Positions 55,086 through 64,000 of a stretch of DNA of 64,000 nt are shown one piece after another. Source of the stretch: Octopus sinensis (taxonomy: Eukaryota); the NCBI RefSeq assembly GCF_006345805.1, contig NC_042999.1, forward strand, positions 88,102,001-88,166,000, written 5' to 3'. Position numbers and translations under genes: made by a program. Each line of letters starts with the position of its first letter. The first letter of the stretch is position 1. The notes below the pieces were generated by a model. The model worked only from the letters and a program-made list of their open reading frames with translations. It was not told the DNA's origin and did not search any database.

Positions 55086-56529
55086 AAGGTAAACCTCGAA
55101 CAAAAATAAAATCTATAGATAAATTTAAATAACATTCCTACAAAAGCAGTAAGTATAGTTATTTAGAACATTCAAGCCGTAGCACTATATTTTATTAGGT
55201 GTGATAAACATTTAAAAATTATTTTTGTAAAAACACAACCATTGGTGCTATCGCAAACCAAGTGCATCGAGAAATTTGAAAATTCATCGGGAGTAAGAAT
55301 GGATTCCATCGTAGATATTAGTCTCAGACAGGTAGAATAGTATACACACAGATATAATTACTTTCAGATTGCATGCCTCATATCTAAACCCATTACACTA
55401 CATATGAGCATGATCATTGTTAAACGTATAGTTCTCTAAACCTTAGATTATTTTCAGATTTTAATCACAATAAGTATTTTCCTGCTAATAGGTTAAGTTT
55501 GGCTTCATGCGTCTCAATAAAATTTAATTTATCTAAAGTTACATCCTGTGGTGATACAATATTTGTAATATTAAAATCTATTACGTTCGATATTATGAAA
55601 AAGCATTCACAGCAATATACACAGCATATACACAATATACAGGAGTCACAATTTCATTAACGCAGAAAACATCGGTAACTTATAGATTTACTATTAGTGA
55701 TACATTTGGTTTTGAATATTAGGCAACCAAGCATCACTGAGATAAATCGGGCTACAAGGATATAATTTAAAAGAGCGCACTACTATAAATGCTATGCACA
55801 TACTGATTATTCAGCATAATATCGTGTAAGCTGATATTTACATAATACTGTTGGCTTTTGGAAATTGTGAATTAAAAATGTTATATAAAAGTTAACATGG
55901 TGTTTTGATTGCAGAAATGTTGAATGATTCATGAAACAGATAGTGCAAAATTCCGAAATCTTACTGATCCTGGTATGTAAATAAAAGCAACTGTATTACT
56001 GGTAAAAGTAACGTTCATGAGTAGAATACAACGCGCGTGTTCCCGTTCGTGAAACATTCTACTCGTAAACGTAAGACTGGAGAAATTCGCAGGCGTTTTT
56101 GAGAGCAAAAATCAAAAGTATAACTATATAAAGACAAGGAGATGCTAAAGAAAAATACATTTTACTACAATAGTTTTCTGATTCTTTCCCTGTACCAGAG
56201 TTGATGAATTTGTGTTCATTTCAAACACTATTTGCTCCAGGAAATGTCGTCATGAACTGTCCGGAATATGTACGAAAGGTAAGATAAGGTAACATCTTAT
56301 TTCACTTTTCTCACCTGATCTCAGAGCAAGTGACTGTCTTAACTTCTAAAGTTTTAATTTCATATATCATAATCGTCGTTATGCAATCGACTACACGAAT
56401 CCTTCCTTTGTAAGTTTCGCTATTTGTAACGGCTTAACTAAACAGCTGATAAAAATCCTTATTTTCAATATTAAATCGACATTCCAGCAATCATCTTATT
56501 GTGTAAAAATATGGCACTGAAACTGATCT

Positions 56530-56800
56530 CTAAAAATATTCATTTATATTTACACTGCCAACGTTGAAACGGAATGTCTCTCGGCCAGACTGTCTGGGAA
56601 ATATTAGCACTATGTCCAATTTTACTGCCAATTGTTCGATTTCCGAAAACATTTCCTCGAATCGTTCGTCTGTTTTTGTCTGTGACATACTCAAGAGCTT
56701 CGGGACATGGTTGTTCGTTTTCATTATATGAATATGAACATCTTGAAGAGCTTGTGTTACAGATTTCCGTAAATTATAATAAAATTATAATGAAATTATA
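56530..56800 (-). mobile_element. hAT transposase fragment
   Basis: VTQALQDVHIHIMK..HV.KLL..DERFEEMFSEIEQLAVKLDI..FPRQSGRETFRFN..NEYF resembles the ZMYM1/Tip100-like hAT region. Confidence 0.6.
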
Positions 56801-57789
56801 ATAGAGATGGAAAAGACGCTGTATTTAATAGAGGGTCCAAGTAAAATCTTTTCAGAGCAGTTTCCTGAAGCTATAGTGGCGAGGTAACATAATTTATTTA
56901 AATATCTAAATGTTTTCAAAGTTAATGGAAAAAATTTAATAATAATATATTTTGCAATACAACATGTTTAACATGATATACACTCAGCATAAGACAAATC
57001 CTTCGCAACTCCCGGGAAAAAAATAGTGATTGTTTTCAATGTCCCTATAAACCTCCGCATTTCAGAAGCAGGTCATTCATAACGATATTTACTTTATCAT
57101 ATGTTATTTTTGATATTTGCGCTTTATTTTATCCTACAATCTTCTTTCCTTTGAAACCATTTTACAGCAACCATCATAACATTTACTAAGTATCATTTTA
57201 CTGAATTTAACTCAGATTTTGTAAACAGATCAATGCTTGCATTTGAAGTGTAGTTAGCAGCTAATTCACTTAATGTTTCAAGGAAATATATCCGGCCTTC
57301 CAGCTGCACAATGCCCAACTCTTCTAATTCGTCATTGCTTAAAGTTACTCTTTTCACCGCAACAATTTAATGTAGGTAATTTATTGTACTGTTGTACCAT
57401 ACACAAAACTGGAACATCGCCATACTTTAAGATCTTTATTACACGGTTCCAATTTTTAATCTCCTCACACTCGATAAGAAAACCTGGTCCAGAGAGGCAA
57501 CTTATCCATTACCCACATATAAAATAATGTAGCATGCGACACACCGCACGCATTTAGAGTACACAAAGTTTTTCAATAACGAAACTTATTACTTAATTTT
57601 CATATACAGTATTCAAACGATATTGCGGCCGCTACGACTATAACTTCTGTTTTTAATACTCATAATGGGAGTAGTAAAACTCAATGATAACATCATAAGG
57701 ACAGACAGCAATGTGTGTGCAGATTTACATAAGGGATAGGGAGAAAGAAATTGAAAAGAGAGTGAAATGCGATAAAAGATACATAGTAT

Positions 57790-60380
57790 ACAAAGTATTT
57801 GATATGGATTATGTAGTCCTCCTGATACTGAAGTCTGGCTAGGACCGAATAAGTAACCTCACAGATCTAGGATTACCCTGACTACGAAAGGCACGGTCTC
57901 TCTTTCTTTCTCTCTCTCTCTTTTCTCTCTCACTCTCTCTCTCTCTCTTTCCCTTGCCCTCCAAGCACATAGTTAGAGTAGAGCCATTCACTCTAGTCAT
58001 TTTTCCCCAGTTACCCATCTTGTCACAAATTCACTGGGAGGTAGCACTTCCCTCTCTATCTTCCCCTTCCTTTCTAAGTGGAACTTTAAAAAGACGATAG
58101 ACCGAAGAAGAAAATCTTCTTTCTTTAATCATTTCAGCCTCGTCCACTACACAACCTCTTTCGTCATGACAGAGAAACAACGCCTAGCCTGCATTGTTAA
58201 AGCTGGGCGCTGGTGCGATCGCCACAATGGATTCGGCTGATAGTCGGATTCTTCTCACTCGCGATAACATGTGTTCGACATTATTCTACTAGTCAGCAAT
58301 ACTCGGCTACTGTATGAATACATGTAGAACGGTTTCGTCGTTCTGCGTGTATCTCGGACAGTCCCACCAGACAAAACATCCGTTCCCGTAGAGTTTATCT
58401 TGAATTGGCTGTGTAACTCAGTAGCACTGCCAGGTTAGGGGTTGCTGGAAGTTATCCGTGAGAGTAGGGTCCCGAAAGACCTCCGAAACAGACCAGCTAG
58501 CTTATCATCGTCGACGTCTAGAGTTTCCTCGGGAACGTCATCGCTCTTACACACCGTTAGATTTCTATATATTGCTACCGTCGAACTTCCACTGACCGTA
58601 TTGCCCGATTGGTAGACAGCAGTGAGCAGTTGTGAGGCGCCTAATCTTAGTATTTTTGATACAATTCTAGTTGTTACGACACAAAACATTGTTTATTGTC
58701 ATCCAATCAGTGGACACGATTCTATCATGTGAGGGTTTTTCGTCGGAGGGACACTTTATGGACTCTACCAGATGACGTTAGATACACATCGACTCATTGT
58801 TGTGGATTTATATTTTTTGCCTTAGCACACTTATTGTGGTGCAGACGGTTCACTTTGCATCGTAGACAATTGAAGTTACAGTTCACTGTTTTGCACTTCG
58901 GTTTGGAATTGTTACAATGTTTAATTCGCTCGTTTAAAAAGTTATTATCTTAGCCCAATATCATTATTCGTCTTGCGTTATAACAATTTTCTTGACCCAG
59001 GATTGCAGCTCCGTCAAGGAGGTGAACTGCGGAAAAGTGTGTCTTATAAAAGGAGACCATATCAGCTCACCATCCAGGAAAATCAGTAAGTGGTGTAGCC
59101 TCAGTATGTATCTGCGCATTTGTAGCCATAGCATGCTAAGACCGCCGTCCAGAGGGTTCTGGAGACAGAACTGTTGAACGCGTCCTTTCCACAGGAAGCC
59201 GAGAAGTAAACAAACCTATCCGTCCAAACGTTGACTGGGACAAGTTACTAAATCTAATCGATAAGTTATTAAAGAGGTAATCGGCGCTGTCGCCACCTCT
59301 GCTCAACCTTTCAGGGATAATTTCCTCTTGGCCCATTTCAGAGTGAGACTGACCACCGTACTTGTAACCTCAACCCAGTTCTTGTCTACCAGGAGGTTTG
59401 GGACAAACCATACACCGAGCAATTTCATTGTTTCATCTGTCCTTCGACTTATAGACTTATATTATGTTGTTCGTTGGCATAGACTTGCCTCTCTAGTTGG
59501 CGAGCCGAACCAACTTATTCGGTTTATCGCAAAGTGCAGCTGGAAGACGGCACATATTTACTTGGAGCCGAATTGTGGTTTTGTTGCCACGTTATGCTTC
59601 CACCACCCGAGCCCATCGGACGGCTTCCTTTTCCTCATGATTTAGCACGCGAGTTCTAGCTCTAACAATGCAGCCTTTGTGCTTTGCATTGAAGAAATTG
59701 TCGATGGCCTTTCTAGCCGCTTGCACGTTTGTCGCGATGCCATTTCTAATTGCCTCTTCTAACTAGCTATTCCTCTGATATATTTCTCTCTATCATTTAC
59801 CATTTACTAAATGATATTGACTCATTTTTAATTGCCCTCTTCAAGGTTCCCCACCACCTGTTATTGATGATTGCTCCCGTCAGATGTCTCTTAGCTACCG
59901 CTTAACTAGCTCGCTAATCTGGTCTCTGTAGTGTGTAGGCGCCGGAAAGATGCGTTTAACTTCCAGTAGCCGGATTTCTGTCCATGAGACTTAAGGTGAC
60001 TGTGAGGTTCTTAAAGTGACTGTGAGGTTCTTAAGGCGACTGTGTAGGCCACCAGTTTGAAATAGGGACACCCTAACGTATCTCTATCAGTTAACCTAAC
60101 AAATACTCTAAGTACGATCTGGAAAAGTCATCATGTTTGCTCAAAGTCTACAATGGCATGTTTGGGGCATCCGGTCGGTATCTGTCAGATAGCCAGATAC
60201 GTCTAAGCACGTTTTTGAGGCTTTTACATCCCCCTCTATGGGTTAACCTTACACAATCCAATCGGGCGCCCGAAATACTACTCCTATCCCCTACTAGATC
60301 TAACGAGCAGGATGTTCTTAGGAAGGTTTCTAGACGTGTAAAGTAATGTGGTCATCTATCCCCTTCAGGTGCATAGAAAG
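57790..60380 (-). mobile_element. L1/Tx1-like non-LTR retrotransposon ORF2 relic with the RT core deleted
   Basis: APE C-terminus (LSDRYRPDAP, WKLNAS, GAIINNRWW), GCIVRAR linker, KLLGVWF..KNWVEV..WAKRKLSLKG.AEV..GFLWKG..GGLSM thumb, CPR..NDETVLH knuckle; RT motifs missing, junction near 59527. Confidence 0.85.
59990..60046. repeat. 20-bp tandem repeat, about 2.8 copies
   Basis: cttaaggtgactgtgaggtt, cttaaagtgactgtgaggtt, cttaaggcgactgtgt. Confidence 0.9.
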
Positions 60381-60889
60381 CAGCTAGACTGAAGACACCG
60401 AAAGAAACTTAATACTGACAAAATTATTACAGCTGGTGCTGTCCCACGGTTGTAAATATACACCGCTATCATAATCTAAAGTTCTTTCAAATGCGTATAT
60501 AATTTTAGTTCTTGCATGGTTCGCTAACGTACAAATCAGTAGATGTTTTATTTAGAAATTTTTAGATAGATATAAGCAATTTTAGCTTAGCAGAAAATAT
60601 TCAGGTTATTGATTTGACGAGAGTACCAGGTCAGTTTGAAGCATCTTGTTTGGCGAGACACTGGCATTCAGAATGTCATTCTTATTTGTTAAGAAACAAG
60701 CGTCTTTGAGCAGTTTCTATATGACAAAATATTACTACTACTGCTGTTGTGTGCTTTTATATACATTATAGATGAAAATCACGACGGTGTTTTAACAACA
60801 ACAACGACGACGACGACGACGACAACAACAACAGCAACAATAATAAAGTTACTGAAATCAGCAAATTAATTTTCTTTCGCCCTTGTGCT

Positions 60890-61000
60890 TCGTATTTCTA
60901 CTTTCTAACTTGAAATTACACCAATGTTGACTTTTGTCTTCCATTATTAATAAGTCGATAAATTAAATATAAGCAATGCACTGGAGTAAATTCAATTTAG
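60890..61000 (+). mobile_element. SINE family B, very diverged
   Basis: gttgacttttgtcttccatt..aagtcgataaattaaat..gcactggagt. Confidence 0.4.
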
Positions 61001-62499
61001 TATATATAGAAATATGTCGTCTACCGCTAATGACAGAAATCATTATTGGGAAGTATGATACAAGTAAACGGATGCGTTTCTACAATAAAATTACTTGTAA
61101 TCAATTTCTCAGATTTCGTCTGCATCATTTGATCTGTGAAAACTGAAATGTCTTAGACATGAAGACAGATGCGTGTCAGTTTTGCTGATTTCCTGACATA
61201 CTATCGAGTTAGCCAGTCAGCCAGCCATTTTGTGTTCAGTTTGAAATACTGCAACAAAATTTGAGAGAAAGTGTTGAAAACGTTTCCAGCAGATATTTGA
61301 AAACAAAATGGCTATTACGAATTGAAAAAAAATGGCTACTATGAGAGATTGAAATTATTATTGCCATTGTTGCTTTTAAAACTCACGTCAGCTCTGAACA
61401 ATGATATATATGATCAAAGACATTCCAGGCATGGCCAGCGTACTCATTCTCTAAGCATCGGTTATCTCGGAGACATTATCCTATATGTATTTTCGTTTTT
61501 ATGTTAGAGAGTGATTAAATATAGTTTAAGAAAATTTTACTGACAAATCAAATGACAAGGCAGAGGTTCACTTGTTCGTTCGGTAATGCAACAGTTGCAT
61601 AACTAAATAGCGAAGTATACAGTGTGTTAACTTTGATGAGGTGAACACGGCGTAATACTCACAGAAAATATAAAGGCTTCTATTCAACATATTTTTTGGC
61701 CAATGATTGCAGAGCTTCTCGTTTGAGATTTTGAGAAATTGACAAGACTTCAAATCATGTCATTTATTGGATCGTTATAGAATGTTTATATATCCAACAA
61801 CTGCATATTTCTAAATGATTAGAGTACAACTGTTCTTTTTAGTTACCCACAATTGTTTCATGATAAATATTTCGCAAGTCATGAAATCATTGCCTACAGT
61901 TTGATAGACCTTCTTATAAAAGATCAATGGATATATGACAATTTTGAATGTTTTATATTTCATTAAAGGGCATATTTTCTTATCATTTGAGTATGGAAGG
62001 TGAACAAGGTGTGTGTTCTTGATATACGTTGCCACTGGCTTGATAATTTTTATCTCATTTGAAAGTCATGTATTAACATGAATATTATTTTGAGATCGTT
62101 TGAGAAAACGTTACACAATCTGTGTATAGTAAGTGTTTACGGTCATTAGAACCTTAATATAATGGTGTGAATGGTTTAATGAGCACCATGTTGTCCTTGT
62201 TACTTCTATTGAAACATAGATCCCTTTTTACAATCTTAGGCAGTAGTTTTTACGTAAGCATGATGATGTAGCGGAACTAGTGAGGGTAGCAGCGAAAGTC
62301 TTAAAGTGTTTGTTTTCCTCCCCCACATAAAACTGAATATCAATAGAGATATTCTTTTCATCTCTTCACGATCGTTAAACTTTTTCTTAGTAATTCACTG
62401 GATTTAGTTAAAATCACTATAAACAATGGTTGGTAATGAGACTTTTATGAAGCATCAGATCAGAATCAAAAAAGCTCAGACTCAAACAGAAAGCATCAT

Positions 62500-64000
62500 A
62501 ATATAAAAATATTCAAAAGAAATATAGCTCTGCGTAATTTATTTTACGTAGAGAACACAATAATTACACTTCTTCAGTTCCTTTTGAAAGGGCATGGATT
62601 AACTCTTTTCGAGGTTCCCGCATAGCACATTCTAAAGTATTTCTAATAATAGATTGATTTGTAAGTAATCTATCTTTTATGGTCTTTGCTTTTAAATAAT
62701 TAGTGTTTCTTGTTTTGACAAAGATCATTGTAAAGAATATTCTTTGAAACCATACTGAAAACTGTTGCATGATATTTAGATTAGTCATAAAAATTAAATA
62801 AATCTATATACGTGTTTCTTTTAACTTATACGCCTGAAGTTAAACAGTAACTTCTCTATTGATTATTAAGACCTTTAGATTATTTTCTGACACAATGGAT
62901 GGAAAATGAATTGCTCGTGGCATGACAAACGTATATACAGTGTGCTCATAAGCGATCTTTGGGCATGATATCTTAAATTTAGCTATAATCTCTCTTCACT
63001 GAAACGAAACTCTGTTGTCTGAATACTGAGTTCCATTAAGAAATTCAGATTATAAATCTTAACTCTTCACTATTTGTGATCTTGCTTTTCTTCCAAGATA
63101 AACATCATTAATATTTTTAGTAAATAGTTTCATTTCTTGAAACAATTACTTGTAATACAATAATCTTCAGTAATTCTTTTTCAATAAAGAAACAAAGGAG
63201 GTTCTGTATTCTGTATTAAATATAACATAAGCTGAAAATGCTCTGATCGAAGTTCAACTTCCAGTAAATTCACTGTGGCACGAATTGAAAGAATAGTAGC
63301 CTGTGTTTGATTCTCTGATTGATGATCACTTTATACATTTCCATGGCGTCATCAGCTTTGTTGATTTTCGATTCACTTTAGAAATAAAGAAGTAAGGCAT
63401 CAAGATGTTTTAATATCATTGTAGAAGCTGTTTCCCGTGAAAGTCATGTTTTGTGTAAGTTTAAGTATTTTGTAGCAAGTTGTCACAGAAATTTCCAGAG
63501 CCAGTGTTAATTCTCTTTAAATCGTTTCCAAAACACTTGAACATGAGTGATATATGCTGATAGTATGACTAATACAAAGAACAAAGGAAAATATACTTAC
63601 CTTAATAAAAACAGGAAAATTTTCTTTCAATAATTTCTAGAGACCAGTTTATCGTCCGGTGTGGATGAAGAATTATTGTTTGCGAATCAATTTTTCTAGA
63701 GGAATATTTCTTTTACGCAAGGTAAATTTGACAGCAATGTAAACTCCAATAACTCTTCTATTTTTGGCAGCAACAGTATCTAACATTGTATGTACAGTCT
63801 ACGATATCATGTTTATTCAAATCAAAATATCTAACAACTATATCCAAAATTTTGCTAACTTAAATGTCTCTACCTTCATAAATTGTGACAGAAAATTTTA
63901 TGCATTACAGATATCCGTTATTACTATCTCTCATGAAAGTCTATTTTTAACCTGAATAACATACGAAAGTTTCATTCTATCCATTCATAACTTTTCAGCA
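62500..64000 (-). mobile_element. hAT transposase fossil, runs off the window end
   Basis: Minus strand, in order: FSVTIYEGRDI..DIVVRYF (first Asp region), NIPLEKLI, T*LSRE..ILKHLDALLLYF (RW motif region), QRIFFTMIFVKTRNTNYLK (dimerisation domain). Confidence 0.7.

Noticed and set aside
57850-58080. Possible LTR or polypurine tract
   Set aside because: Explained as the 3' UTR of the minus-strand Tx1-like element; no second LTR, PBS, gag or integrase.
61560-62100. Short minus ORFs, possibly another DDE transposase relic
   Set aside because: No motif could be assigned.

Overview
AT-rich, microsatellite-dense eukaryotic DNA, most likely an octopus or other cephalopod (inferred from the tRNA-derived SINE families and (TA)n/(TAA)n/(GATA)n content; not checked by database search). 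The window is mostly transposon relics. It holds three long R4/Dong-clade non-LTR retrotransposons (RT plus restriction-like endonuclease, (TAA)n tails); one keeps a 1198-aa ORF (ATG 51182 to 54778) but has a 10-aa in-frame gap in the RT fingers. It also holds several R4 fragments, two L1/Tx1-like relics, two Penelope-like (PLE) relics, a maT/DD37D-like and a small mariner DNA transposon, hAT transposase fossils, and two SINE families with many copies. No host gene is confidently identified; only weak exon candidates. The most unusual signal is a hammerhead ribozyme on the minus strand at 16528-16589 whose three strands occur in non-circularly permuted order, in a (TA)n-flanked element resembling a PLE terminal repeat. 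A minimal dimer-type hammerhead sits at 34528-34562. Other notable structures are a 225-bp foldback followed by a hairpin cassette (2538-2900) and head-to-tail SINE arrays with a recurrent junction (20647-21967). All alignments were done by eye, so boundaries are approximate.
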